Origin: Candidatus Omnitrophota bacterium | GTDB lineage: Bacteria; Omnitrophota; Gorgyraeia; JABMSB01 | DNA: 64,000 nucleotides | Assembly (NCBI GenBank): GCA_013202205.1 | Contig: JABMSB010000031.1 | Location: forward strand, 310-64,309 | Direction of reading: 5' to 3' | In this document: positions 28,292-38,017 of the stretch, piece by piece | How the letters are laid out: the number at the start of each line of letters is the position of its first letter | Position numbering within the stretch: position 1 is the stretch's first letter | Notes under the pieces: generated by a model | The model's database searches: none | Seen by the model: the letters and a program-made list of their open reading frames with translations, nothing else | Told to the model about the DNA's origin: nothing | Position numbers and translations under genes: made by a program

Positions 28292-29500
28292 ATGAAGAGA
28301 GTATATGCATCTGTCATCAAGGAGCATTTTGATCGTTACCAACAGATGATCTTTCTTGTAGGCCCCAGGCAGGCCGGGAAGACTACAGTGGGCCTTATGG
28401 CTAAAGAATTTTCCGATCAATTCTCCTATCTGAATTGGGATAATTTGGATCATAGAAAGATTATTCTCGGGGGGGTAGATAGCATCGCAGATTTTTCCGG
28501 CTTGAATAAAATGACAAAAGAAATGCCCATTATTGTGTTTGACGAGATTCATAAATACAGCAAATGGAAGACCTTCTTGAAAGGTTTCTTCGATACCTAT
28601 AAGGGCAAGGCAAAGATTATTGTTACAGGCAGCTCCCGATTAGATGTTTATAAAAGAGGCGGAGATAGTTTAATGGGGAGATATTTTCCGTATCGTTTGC
28701 ATCAACTGTCGCTAGCAGAACTGGGACGTGTTGTTTTGTCAGATAAAGAAGTTCATGAACCTTTTAGAAATAAGAAGGGGGAGTTGGCAAGATTGCTAAA
28801 GAATGGCGGCTTCCCGGAGCCGTTTATCAAAGATGACCCCAGGTTTTTGAATCGTTGGAAGAGATTGCGTCAGGAACAGCTGATCCGGGAGGATATCAGG
28901 GATTTAAGCCGGGTCCAGGAGTTAGGCCAGATTGAACTTTTGGCCGAAATCTTAAAGCACCAGGCTGGGCAATTGACCAATTATTCGAAGCTGGCCAATA
29001 AAGTCAATGTATCTTCTGAAACGATACGCCGGTGGATCAAGACATTACAATCATTTTTTTATTGTTTCACTATACAACCATGGTCTAAGAATATTCCCCG
29101 TTCACTCATCAAGGAGCCAAAAACCTACCTGTGGGATTGGGCCAACGTCGATGAGGAAGGGAGTCGAGCTGAAAATTTGGTTGCCTCTCATCTTTTGAAA
29201 GCTGTTCACTTTTGGACAGATTGCGGACTGGGGCAATATGGTTTATGGTTTATCAGGGATAAGGAGAAGCGCGAGGTAGATTTTGTAGTTTCACGCGACA
29301 GAAAACCATGGTTTTTGGTTGAAGTTAAGCTATCGTCAAAAGGAGGGGTAGCTAAGAATCTGGTTTATTTTAAGGATAAGATTAAGGCAAAACATGCCTT
29401 CCAAGTAGCATTCGATATGGATTACATCTCTAAGGATTGTTTTAAACATCAAAACCCGATAATTGTTCCTGCCCAGACATTTTTGACACAGCTGGTTTGA
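28292..29500 (+). CDS. AAA_14-type ATPase with C-terminal DUF4143 (PD-(D/E)xK-like) domain
   Basis: GPRQAGKTT, FDEIHKY, VTGSSRL..GGDSLMGR, GGFPEP, EREVDFV...LVEVK. Confidence 0.88.
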   Translation: MKRVYASVIKEHFDRYQQMIFLVGPRQAGKTTVGLMAKEFSDQFSYLNWDNLDHRKIILGGVDSIADFSGLNKMTKEMPIIVFDEIHKYSKWKTFLKGFFDTYKGKAKIIVTGSSRLDVYKRGGDSLMGRYFPYRLHQLSLAELGRVVLSDKEVHEPFRNKKGELARLLKNGGFPEPFIKDDPRFLNRWKRLRQEQLIREDIRDLSRVQELGQIELLAEILKHQAGQLTNYSKLANKVNVSSETIRRWIKTLQSFFYCFTIQPWSKNIPRSLIKEPKTYLWDWANVDEEGSRAENLVASHLLKAVHFWTDCGLGQYGLWFIRDKEKREVDFVVSRDRKPWFLVEVKLSSKGGVAKNLVYFKDKIKAKHAFQVAFDMDYISKDCFKHQNPIIVPAQTFLTQLV

Positions 29501-29520
29501 AGATTACCCTAAGAGACTAT

Positions 29521-30648
29521 TTATAGAAGCTTGAGGATAGCTTGGGCGGCGCGCATGGAGGCACCGGGTGAGCCGAGTTTTTTCTTCACAAGATTGAGCT
29601 CAGACTTCATCTGGATCTGTTTCATGGGATCATTTAGGATAGAGACGGTTTCGTAGGCTATTGAATCGGGTTTTGCATCACCTTGCAGGAATTCAGGTAC
29701 GATTCTTTTTCCGGCCACGACATTGACAAGGCCCACATAGGGCAGGGTTATGAGAAGACGGACCATAAGAGCTGTTATGGGTGACACCTTGTAGACGATA
29801 ACCATTGGCTTACCCATGACGGCCGTCTCAAGTGTCGAGCTTCCCGATGCCACAATGACGAAATCGGCCGCGGTGAGAGATTCGAGGTTCTTTTTGGAAG
29901 TGAGCTTGATGGGTAAGTCATATTTACGCAATTCTGACTCATAAAGCTCATCGGCCATGGACGACGGCTTAGATATGAGAAATTGTACATCCTGCCTTCT
30001 TTTGCAAACTCCTACAGCAGCTTCCAACATTATGGGGAGTATCTTCTCAACCTCTTTCCGGCGGGATCCGGGCAGGAGTAGTATAGTTTTTTTCTCTTTC
30101 GCAAGGCCCAGCATATCGAGTACTATCTCTTTTGGGCCGGTCGGTGTTATGGAATCCACAAAGGGGTGCCCTACCCACTCAACAGGCACTCCTTCTTTTT
30201 CATATAACTCCTTCTCAAAATCGAAGAAGACGACCATGAGATCTACAGTCTCGCGTATCGTCTTAATTCTTTTTTTACCCCATGCCCATATCTGAGGGCT
30301 TATGTAGTAGACGAGGGGGATATTGCGTTTTTTTACTTCCCTTGCAAGACGCATGTTGAATCCCGGATAGTCTATCAATATGACCATATCAGGCCTATCC
30401 GAATCGAGTGTCGAAACCAAGTCCTTAAAGATCTTTTTAAATTCACTATAGTGCTTAAGGACTTCTATGAATCCCACGACGGCAATCTCTGTCATGTCGC
30501 GATAGAGTTTGGCACCGGCTGTGGCCATCAATGGCCCACCGAGACCGGTGAAAGAGATATCCTGGCGCAAGGACTTCATATCCCTGATGAGGTTTGCGCC
30601 GTGCCTATCCCCGGAATGTTCTCCCGCAACTATAAGGATCTTCTTCAT
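29521..30648 (-). CDS. lpxB: Lipid-A-disaccharide synthase
   Basis: VAGEHSGD, IDYPGFN, YYISPQIWAW, VGHP, LLPGSR, ASGSSTLE. Confidence 0.96.
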   Translation of the reverse strand: MKKILIVAGEHSGDRHGANLIRDMKSLRQDISFTGLGGPLMATAGAKLYRDMTEIAVVGFIEVLKHYSEFKKIFKDLVSTLDSDRPDMVILIDYPGFNMRLAREVKKRNIPLVYYISPQIWAWGKKRIKTIRETVDLMVVFFDFEKELYEKEGVPVEWVGHPFVDSITPTGPKEIVLDMLGLAKEKKTILLLPGSRRKEVEKILPIMLEAAVGVCKRRQDVQFLISKPSSMADELYESELRKYDLPIKLTSKKNLESLTAADFVIVASGSSTLETAVMGKPMVIVYKVSPITALMVRLLITLPYVGLVNVVAGKRIVPEFLQGDAKPDSIAYETVSILNDPMKQIQMKSELNLVKKKLGSPGASMRAAQAILKLL

Positions 30649-30661
30649 AACAAGGTCTATC

Positions 30662-31582
30662 TTACTTTTTTCTGTGGATTATGTTAGTGATCTCAAGGGC
30701 GGCCTCAAGCGCGCGACGGCCTTCAATCCCCGAGACGAGGGGTTTCTTTTTGTGGTGCAGGCAATGGATGAACGATTCCAGCTCAAGCTTAAGGGGTTCC
30801 TCTTTTTTGATATTTATACGTTTCCGCTTTATCCGTTTTCCTTCCTTTGTATATATTTGGGCATCCTGCCTGACATAATCGAGTGAGATGTAAGCATTCT
30901 CCCGGAAGATCCGTATCTTGCGCATCTCTTTATTGGATACACGGCTTGCCGTGATATTAGCGACGGCACCGTTTTGGAAAGTCAATCGGGCATTAGCTAA
31001 GTCCTCATGTTTTGTTAGGATCGGTATGCCAATGGCTGAGATATTCTCTATCTCAGAGCCTACAAGGTCGAGTATTATGTCGATATCGTGTATCATGAGA
31101 TCGAGTACGACACCGACATCGAGGCTCCTCTTCTTATATGGCGCAAGGCGATGGCACTCGATAAAACCGACCTTTCCCTGGTACTGCTCTATGGCGCGCA
31201 CGGCAGAATTGAACCTCTCTATATGGCCTACCTGAAGGATAAGGTTATTCTCTTTTGCCAGAAAGAGGAGTTCATCAGCCTCTTCTACCGTCGATGTCAT
31301 CGGTTTTTCGATTAGGATGTTTATCCCGAGCTCTATAAGGCCTTTTGCTACTTCAAAATGTGTTACAGTGGGTGTAGCTATGCTGACAGCATCTACCATC
31401 TTGGCCAATTTACGCCAATCTGTAAAATATTGGGTACGATAGTTTTTGGCGACCTTCCTGGCCCTTTTTGGACTAAGATCACAGACCCCAACAAGCTCAA
31501 CATCTTTTAGCTTCGAATAGATGCGCGCATGTTGTGATCCAAGATGGCCGACGCCTATTACAGCTACCCTCTTCTTCATCAC
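30662..31582 (-). CDS. gnnA: Gfo/Idh/MocA oxidoreductase, probable UDP-GlcNAc 3-dehydrogenase (GnnA-like)
   Basis: GVGHLGSQH, LIEKP, VGHIERFN, VVLDLMIHDID; sits between a DegT aminotransferase and lpxB. Confidence 0.75.
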   Translation of the reverse strand: MMKKRVAVIGVGHLGSQHARIYSKLKDVELVGVCDLSPKRARKVAKNYRTQYFTDWRKLAKMVDAVSIATPTVTHFEVAKGLIELGINILIEKPMTSTVEEADELLFLAKENNLILQVGHIERFNSAVRAIEQYQGKVGFIECHRLAPYKKRSLDVGVVLDLMIHDIDIILDLVGSEIENISAIGIPILTKHEDLANARLTFQNGAVANITASRVSNKEMRKIRIFRENAYISLDYVRQDAQIYTKEGKRIKRKRINIKKEEPLKLELESFIHCLHHKKKPLVSGIEGRRALEAALEITNIIHRKK

Positions 31583-32670
31583 TTTTTACCCCAGCTTCTT
31601 ATACCATTTATTATTGTAGAGAGATCTTTTTTAGTTAATCCAGGATGGATAGGCAGGCAAACGACTTCACGCGCAGCCGCTTCTGCATTTGGAAAGCGCA
31701 ATTTGCCATAGCCAAGTTTTTTATAAAGCGGTTGTTTATGGAGAGGGACAGGATATAGCGGGACACCTTCAACGCCCTTGGTTTTAAGGTGTTCTATAAA
31801 ACTGCCTCTATTTTTTACACGAACCGTATATTGGTGGTATATGTGTTTTCTTCCCGTTGGAACTTCGGGTATTTTCAAGAAATTCAAATCTTTTAACCCT
31901 TTCGATAAGACTTTTGCATTGTGAATCCTTTTTCTGTTTAATGAGTCGATGCGTTTAAGCTGTTCGATACCCATCGCAGCTTGAAAATCCGTCATTCTAT
32001 AATTATAGCCTAAGCGGTCATGCAGAAAACGGGAAGCCCTACCGTGGTTTATCAGACGTTTACAAAGATCAGAGACCTTCTTCTTATTTGTCGTTATCAT
32101 GCCGCCTTCACCCGTAGTCATATTCTTTGTGCCATAGAGGCTGAAGGTCCCTGCATCACCAAAGGAACCGGCTCGTCTTTTGCCATGCTCGGCCCCAACT
32201 GCCTGCGCGCAATCTTCAATAAGCAAGAGTTTATGTTTTTTAGCGATCCGCATGATTTCCCGCATATCACAAGGAAGGCCGTATAGATGGACGATGAGAA
32301 GCGCCTTTATACGCGGATTACGCCGAAGCGCCTTCTCAATTTCGTAAGGGGAGATGTTAAAGGTGAGAGGGTCTATATCACAGAAGAGGGGTTTAGCACC
32401 GCAGTAAAGGACAGAATTTGCAGTTGCGATAAATGTAAAAGGTGTCGTCAGGATAAGATCACCCTTTTTTACACCCGTAGCTAAAAGAGCAGCATGCAGG
32501 GCTGTTGTTCCGCTTGAGACCGCAATAGCGTGTCTAACGCCCGCATATTGGGCAAAGAGATTTTGGAACCGCTCAACCTGGGGCCCGCTACATATCATCC
32601 CTGAGCGTATGACCTTGCCCATAGCCCTCTTTTCCTGCTCACCTACCTGAAGCCTGATAAGCCGTATCAT
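31579..32670 (-). CDS. gnnB: DegT/DnrJ/EryC1/StrS aminotransferase, probable GnnB
   Basis: SSGTTALH, TPFTFIAT, IEDCAQA, SLYGTKNMTTGEGG, GYNYRM; co-transcribed with the oxidoreductase and lpxB. Confidence 0.72.
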   Translation of the reverse strand: MIRLIRLQVGEQEKRAMGKVIRSGMICSGPQVERFQNLFAQYAGVRHAIAVSSGTTALHAALLATGVKKGDLILTTPFTFIATANSVLYCGAKPLFCDIDPLTFNISPYEIEKALRRNPRIKALLIVHLYGLPCDMREIMRIAKKHKLLLIEDCAQAVGAEHGKRRAGSFGDAGTFSLYGTKNMTTGEGGMITTNKKKVSDLCKRLINHGRASRFLHDRLGYNYRMTDFQAAMGIEQLKRIDSLNRKRIHNAKVLSKGLKDLNFLKIPEVPTGRKHIYHQYTVRVKNRGSFIEHLKTKGVEGVPLYPVPLHKQPLYKKLGYGKLRFPNAEAAAREVVCLPIHPGLTKKDLSTIINGIRSWGKK

Positions 32671-32699
32671 AATAAGCTGCCTCCATAGTGTAATAGGGG

Positions 32700-32728
32700 A
32701 TTATAGCACTACCTCAAATAGGAAGCAA
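32700..32728 (-). promoter_or_regulatory. Sigma70 promoter for gnnB-gnnA-lpxB
   Basis: Minus strand reads TTGCTT-N17-TATAAT with extended -10 TG. Confidence 0.65.
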
Positions 32729-32782
32729 GGATTTTTTAGAAAACTAACGTTTGAAGAATTTAACCGATTTGACCAGAATTGC

Positions 32783-32811
32783 TTGACATATATTGACTTA
32801 TAGACTATAAT
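32783..32811 (+). promoter_or_regulatory. Consensus sigma70 promoter for the glycan locus
   Basis: Perfect TTGACA-N17-TATAAT. Confidence 0.8.
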
Positions 32812-32842
32812 TCTATATAAAGCTATATTATTAGGAGACTAT

Positions 32843-33028
32843 ATGTTAATAGGGCCGTTCGATATGCGTGAGCATATTTACGGTAGGGAAAGACGCCTTG
32901 TTAAATACAAATATAGGGAAAAGGGCTTTTGGTTTCTAAGAAGCTCTCTGGTAGCAGTATCATCACCAGGGAGCTATTTTTATATACAGAATAGAGATTA
33001 TCGTATTAACCAGGGTGAATTGAGCTAA
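32843..33028 (+). pseudogene. Short ORF, possibly a decayed PilZ paralog
   Basis: AGGAG RBS; ERR..LVKYKYREK and SSLVAVSSPG loosely align with DRR...LARYRYEK and SSIKDISAGG of the next gene. Confidence 0.35.
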
Positions 33029-33059
33029 AAAAAGACGCATAATTATAAGGTGAAACTTT

Positions 33060-33488
33060 ATGTTTAAATGGCTCATAGACAGGCGCATGTATGTACGCAT
33101 GAGGGCCCATGATCTTGCTCGATATAGATACGAGAAGGCTGCTTTGGAAACCGAAAAGGTATCAAGTATAAAGGATATAAGCGCCGGGGGTGTCTTATTA
33201 ATTACCGATGAGCCTATAGAGGAGGGGACGATCTTAGAATTAAAGATAAATGTCCCTTTTAAGAAGGAGCCACTGGCTTGCCGCGCAAAAGCTTTAAGGT
33301 ATAAAGAGCGCAAAACAGCCACAGGGATTGCCTATGAAACAGGTTGCCTTTTTCTTGATATAACAGAGAAAGACAAAAAGGATGTGGTGATATTTCTTGA
33401 TCATGTCCTGAAGAAGGTCTCATTGCCAAAGTATATCTTAACGAAGATGCGCAGAAAGTGGCGCGGGCTGATAGGAAGAAAGGCATAG
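33060..33488 (+). CDS. PilZ domain protein (c-di-GMP receptor)
   Basis: RxxxR (RRMYVR) and DxSxxG (DISAGG) motifs, followed by a beta-barrel pattern. Confidence 0.85.
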   Translation: MFKWLIDRRMYVRMRAHDLARYRYEKAALETEKVSSIKDISAGGVLLITDEPIEEGTILELKINVPFKKEPLACRAKALRYKERKTATGIAYETGCLFLDITEKDKKDVVIFLDHVLKKVSLPKYILTKMRRKWRGLIGRKA

Positions 33489-33495
33489 ATCAACA

Positions 33496-34632
33496 ATGAA
33501 AATTGGCATATTTTTTATATTCTCGGCCGTTCTTATCTCACTATCAGCACCCACGTATGCTGCGGAGCGTTTTACGCTGGGGCCATGGGATGTCCAGCCC
33601 TATATTACTACAGAGATGACATATAATGACAATATCTTTCAGCGGGAGAACGATGTGGATGGGGAGACGTATTTTACTACCACTCCCGGGGTCAGATTGG
33701 ATCTTCCATGGGATGAACATGCCGTTACGCTTGATTACAAGCTTAACATAGTCCATTTCCTGGAGATGTGGAATGAAGACCAGCAGCAGAATGACATATA
33801 TCTTTTGTATAATTTCGAGTTTAATAAGTTTTCCTTTAGGTTTTCAGACCGCTTTTATGAAGATTACGGTGTCCCGACAGGTTCGGAACGCCAGGATATA
33901 GACCCTTATTACGCCAATGTGGCAAACGTGAATTTCGGTATGGAGTTTAACCGTCTTATATTCGACATAGGATACACCAATACCATTTATGAATATCATC
34001 AAGTGGATAGTACTGGTAGTCAACAAGAAGACGAATTACGCATAACCGGATATGTGAGACCTTTTCCAAAGACGAAAATTTTATTTGAAACAAACCTAAC
34101 TCGCAAGAAATATGATAACAAAAACGATGGAAATGCCGATGCGCTTGAATTATATATTGGCGCCGACGGCAAGATAGCACCGAAGACAACAGGGATAATC
34201 AAACTCGGCTATCAGTGGTGGGACTATACAGAGTCGGGCAACTTTAAGGGGGACGGTGTATACGTCGATTTAAACCACAGATTCAATGATTATAACTGGC
34301 TTGATATGAATATCGAGCGCAGGGAAGATGCAAACCTTTATGCTGAAGAGAGTTATTATACTATAAGCAAAATTCTCTTAAGATATTCAAGGAAGATGAG
34401 CTGGCGCCTCACAGGATTTTTAGGCGGATATTATCAACTCGATGAATACCCGACAAGAGGGTCGCTTACGAGAGAAGATACCGTCTATAATGCCAATCTG
34501 GGTTTTAGTTACCAGTTTTGGGAAGATCTGAGATTCAACGCAGGATACGATTTTACAAAGAAGATATCAAATTCCACAAACGCAGATTATACGGCGAACA
34601 AGGTAACCTGGAAATATGACCTCCTCTTCTGA
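33496..34632 (+). CDS. Outer-membrane beta-barrel protein of polysaccharide export loci (BBP2-like)
   Basis: Signal peptide, YNDNIF motif, alternating aromatic strands, C-terminal Phe; directly upstream of the OPX gene. Confidence 0.82.
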   Translation: MKIGIFFIFSAVLISLSAPTYAAERFTLGPWDVQPYITTEMTYNDNIFQRENDVDGETYFTTTPGVRLDLPWDEHAVTLDYKLNIVHFLEMWNEDQQQNDIYLLYNFEFNKFSFRFSDRFYEDYGVPTGSERQDIDPYYANVANVNFGMEFNRLIFDIGYTNTIYEYHQVDSTGSQQEDELRITGYVRPFPKTKILFETNLTRKKYDNKNDGNADALELYIGADGKIAPKTTGIIKLGYQWWDYTESGNFKGDGVYVDLNHRFNDYNWLDMNIERREDANLYAEESYYTISKILLRYSRKMSWRLTGFLGGYYQLDEYPTRGSLTREDTVYNANLGFSYQFWEDLRFNAGYDFTKKISNSTNADYTANKVTWKYDLLF

Positions 34633-34645
34633 TATACACAAAGAT

Positions 34646-36157
34646 ATGGCCAAAAAAGCGGCAAAAAAACCGCCAAAGGGACTATTATTCGCTGCGATTG
34701 TAGTTATAACCATCGCAGTAGCCATCTTTATAGGAAATATACTTAACAATTGGACCACAGCCCTTAAGGAGCGCAAAAAAGCAGAATTTGCCGCTGATTT
34801 CGAAAGAAAAGCCGGCCCATCGCTCGATATCGAACTGACAAAGGATGAGGAGAAGGAGATATCGAGTATCATAAGGGATAAGCTTATCCCGCCGGAAGCA
34901 GAGATCCTGAAAGAGAAGTTAAAAGAGATGGAACTCTCCAAGATAACCGCAGACATAGAGGCGCTAAGAGGGGAATTGTCGAGAATTAGAGAAGCCAAGA
35001 AGGAAGCAACTGACGAGACCGCAGAAGTGCTGAAGGCGACTACGGAGAAGATCGAAGAAGTTTTTGGCCAGAGATTAGATTTAATAACGAAGAGGGTACA
35101 AGAGGAGATATCAGAGAAGGTCATAACGAAGGAGGAGTTTGACCAGTTAAGGGGTTCTATAGACAACATGAAAAATGAGTTGCGTGCAGAGATGCAAAAG
35201 GACCCGGTAGCGGTTGCAACAACCAAAGAAGTATCTACCACAGCCTTATTATCTGAGGAGATTGGGGTGAAATTGTCGGAACCTGAGGGTATTGAGGGAG
35301 AAGGGGAAGTGTCGCAAGAACCATATGATGCAACCGAGGGATATAAAAAAGACGAAGAGAAGACCAAAGAGGCCGTCCCCATTGAAGAGAGACTCCCACC
35401 GCCAAAACCGGGCGAATACGTAATCAGCCCGGGAGATTTGATTGAGGTAACGGTATACGAAGAACCCGATTTAAGCAGAACAGTCAAAGTGTCGCCCAGC
35501 GGCGATATATCTTATCCGTTATTAGGCCGTATGAAATTAGCAGGATTGTCCATATCGCAAGTTGAAAGTAAATTCAGGCGTTTTCTTGATAGGGAATACT
35601 TGGTAAACTCACAGGTTACGGTATTTGTGAGAGAATATGGTAAGGTATCTGTTCTCGGATCTGTGAATAAGCCAGGTGCTTATGAGCTCAAAGATAACCT
35701 GACCCTTCTCGACGCCATTGCCTTAGCAGGTGGTTTTAAAGAAGTAGCCGATTTGACAAATGTCAAAGTTATACGCACAGAAAGTGGCAAAGAAAATACC
35801 ATTTATATAAATGCCGAGGACATAACAGTGAGGGGAGACAGCGGTAAGAACATTTCACTCAGATCCTCAGACACGGTTTATGTCAGTCAGGTAGGCAAGG
35901 TGACTATAATAGGTGAGGTTAATAGGCCGGGTACTTACGACATCAAGCCGAATATGAAAGCAGTAGAAGCTATAACCATGGCAGGTGGCTTTACGAAGAT
36001 CGCAGCCCCCAAGAAGATAAAGATAGCCCGCACAGAAGACGGCATTGAAAAGACGATAATGGTAAACGTAGACGAAATAACAAAGAAGGGGCGTAAAGAT
36101 AAGGACGTCCTACTCAAATCGGGCGACATCATAATGGTCCCGGAGAGTTTCTTTTAA
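34646..36157 (+). CDS. Polysaccharide export (OPX/Wza-family) protein with N-terminal TM anchor and coiled-coil extension
   Basis: YVISPGDLIEVTVYEEPDLS...GDISYPLLG (Poly_export), two SLBB domains, C-terminal VPESFF; N-terminal MAKKAAKKPPK + TM + long E/K-rich helix; no lipobox. An alternative start lies at 34616. Confidence 0.85.
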   Translation: MAKKAAKKPPKGLLFAAIVVITIAVAIFIGNILNNWTTALKERKKAEFAADFERKAGPSLDIELTKDEEKEISSIIRDKLIPPEAEILKEKLKEMELSKITADIEALRGELSRIREAKKEATDETAEVLKATTEKIEEVFGQRLDLITKRVQEEISEKVITKEEFDQLRGSIDNMKNELRAEMQKDPVAVATTKEVSTTALLSEEIGVKLSEPEGIEGEGEVSQEPYDATEGYKKDEEKTKEAVPIEERLPPPKPGEYVISPGDLIEVTVYEEPDLSRTVKVSPSGDISYPLLGRMKLAGLSISQVESKFRRFLDREYLVNSQVTVFVREYGKVSVLGSVNKPGAYELKDNLTLLDAIALAGGFKEVADLTNVKVIRTESGKENTIYINAEDITVRGDSGKNISLRSSDTVYVSQVGKVTIIGEVNRPGTYDIKPNMKAVEAITMAGGFTKIAAPKKIKIARTEDGIEKTIMVNVDEITKKGRKDKDVLLKSGDIIMVPESFF

Positions 36158-36166
36158 GAGGTTATT

Positions 36167-38017
36167 ATGCTACCAAGCGCACAAGGGCACGAAGCAGAAC
36201 TTAAAGATTATATCCAAATCGTAAAAAAGCAGAAGTGGCTAATTGCGTTAGTTGCCTTTGTGCTAGTAATAGTTGTGGCTATAGCCTCATTTAGGATGAC
36301 GCCTATATATAAGGCAGTAACGGTTCTTTTGATAGAAAAGGTTACACCCAAGATCGTCAATATAGAAGATATATACGGTACCGGTCCGGCAGACAGGGAG
36401 TATTACGAGACGCAGTACAAGATTTTGGCATCCCGCTCCCTGGCAAAATTGGTCTTTGATGAACTCAATCTATGGAAGGACGGAATGTTTGCTAAAAGCG
36501 CCGATCCTATAAGTTCTTTTTTGGGACATCTTGATATAGTACCGATTAGGAACAGCAGATTGGTCAATATTGGGTTTAAGGGAGCGGATCCCCTGAAGAT
36601 CACCAAGATAGTAAATGCCCTGGCCAAGGTATATATACGTGAGGATTTAGAACGGCGCCTAACGAGTTCCCGCGAAGCCATTGAGCGGCTATCCGTGCAG
36701 CTCGATTTGCTCAAGGACAAGGTTGAGGAATCTGATAAGGCGCTTCAGGATTACAAGGAAAAAGAGAATATAATCACGCTGCCAGCCGAACAAGAGAAGG
36801 TAAATTCTTTTATTGAGAACATGAGGAAGGAAAAGGCGCGCCTTGAGGCGGAAACTGCTGAGATGGAGAAGCGATACTTGCCGAAACACCCCAAGACAAT
36901 TCGTATTAAATCGGAGTTTAAGTCGGTCGAGCAGAAGATAAAAGACGAGGAAAAGAAAATACTGGGACTCAATAAGAAAACGATCCAGTACAATGTGCTA
37001 CTGAGAGAGATGGAGACGAACAGGGAGCTTTACAATTCACTCCTCAAGCGCGCCAAGGAGACGGGTGTATCCGAAGAGCTCAAATCGACCAATATACGCG
37101 TTATCGATGCGGCAGAAGTCCCAAAAAGTCCTATAAGTCCCAAAAAGAAGAGGAATATAATATTGGCGCTTATGATCGGTTTAATAATAGGGACGAGCGG
37201 TGCATTCTTCGTAGAATATTTAGACAACACGATCAAGACAGCCGATGACATAGAACAGTTTATCGGCCTTCCTTTCCTCGGGTATATACCCAATACAGGG
37301 AAGGAGGCGAAAAAGGGTATTCAAAAAGATATCGACCTTATAGCGCATAATAAGCCGCGATCAACCATAACGGAGGCCTACCGCAATATACGCACAGGGG
37401 TATTGTTCTCAGTGCTTGATAAGCCGATAAAAACCATCTTAGTTACCAGCGGTCTCCCGGGAGAAGGCAAGACAACCGTATCTATAAATCTCGCTACGGT
37501 CATGGCTCAGGCAGGGGACAAGGTTTTGTTGGTCGAAACGGATATGCGCAAGCCGCGTTTTCATAAGACATTTAATACAATCGTGAAGGAGGGGCTGAGC
37601 AGCGTACTTGTGGGAGAAGCAAAACTCGAAGACTGCATTAAGGCGACAGATGTGCCAAACCTTTTTGTCCTGGTATCCGGCCTCATACCGCCAAACCCCT
37701 CGGAGCTGCTTAACTCACAAAAGATGAGAGAGTTCTTACAGGGCCAGAAAGGCAGTTTTGACCGCCTGATCCTTGATTCACCGCCTATCCTTACAGTTAC
37801 CGACTCGGCTATTTTGGCCAACATAGTGGATGGCGTAATAGATGTGATACAGGGCGGCAAAACGGAGGCCGAAACGGTTCTGCGCACAAAACAGAAGCTC
37901 ACAGATGCCCGGGCACATATTCTCGGCCTTGTTATAAATAATATAAATATCCGCCGAGAAGATTACAATTATTATTCATATTACTATTATGGGAAGAGCG
38001 AAGAGAAGAATGTATGA
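36167..38017 (+). CDS. wzc: Polysaccharide co-polymerase / BY tyrosine autokinase
   Basis: Two TMs flanking a coiled coil, PISPKK, EAYRNIRT, TSGLPGEGKT, DMRKP, DSPP, Tyr-rich tail DYNYYSYYYYG. Confidence 0.92.
   Translation: MLPSAQGHEAELKDYIQIVKKQKWLIALVAFVLVIVVAIASFRMTPIYKAVTVLLIEKVTPKIVNIEDIYGTGPADREYYETQYKILASRSLAKLVFDELNLWKDGMFAKSADPISSFLGHLDIVPIRNSRLVNIGFKGADPLKITKIVNALAKVYIREDLERRLTSSREAIERLSVQLDLLKDKVEESDKALQDYKEKENIITLPAEQEKVNSFIENMRKEKARLEAETAEMEKRYLPKHPKTIRIKSEFKSVEQKIKDEEKKILGLNKKTIQYNVLLREMETNRELYNSLLKRAKETGVSEELKSTNIRVIDAAEVPKSPISPKKKRNIILALMIGLIIGTSGAFFVEYLDNTIKTADDIEQFIGLPFLGYIPNTGKEAKKGIQKDIDLIAHNKPRSTITEAYRNIRTGVLFSVLDKPIKTILVTSGLPGEGKTTVSINLATVMAQAGDKVLLVETDMRKPRFHKTFNTIVKEGLSSVLVGEAKLEDCIKATDVPNLFVLVSGLIPPNPSELLNSQKMREFLQGQKGSFDRLILDSPPILTVTDSAILANIVDGVIDVIQGGKTEAETVLRTKQKLTDARAHILGLVINNINIRREDYNYYSYYYYGKSEEKNV

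Noticed and set aside
34567-35487. 306-aa Ser-rich antisense ORF and the many other antisense/overlapping ORFs in the track
   Set aside because: Shadow frames of well-supported genes, with no motifs or independent expression signals.
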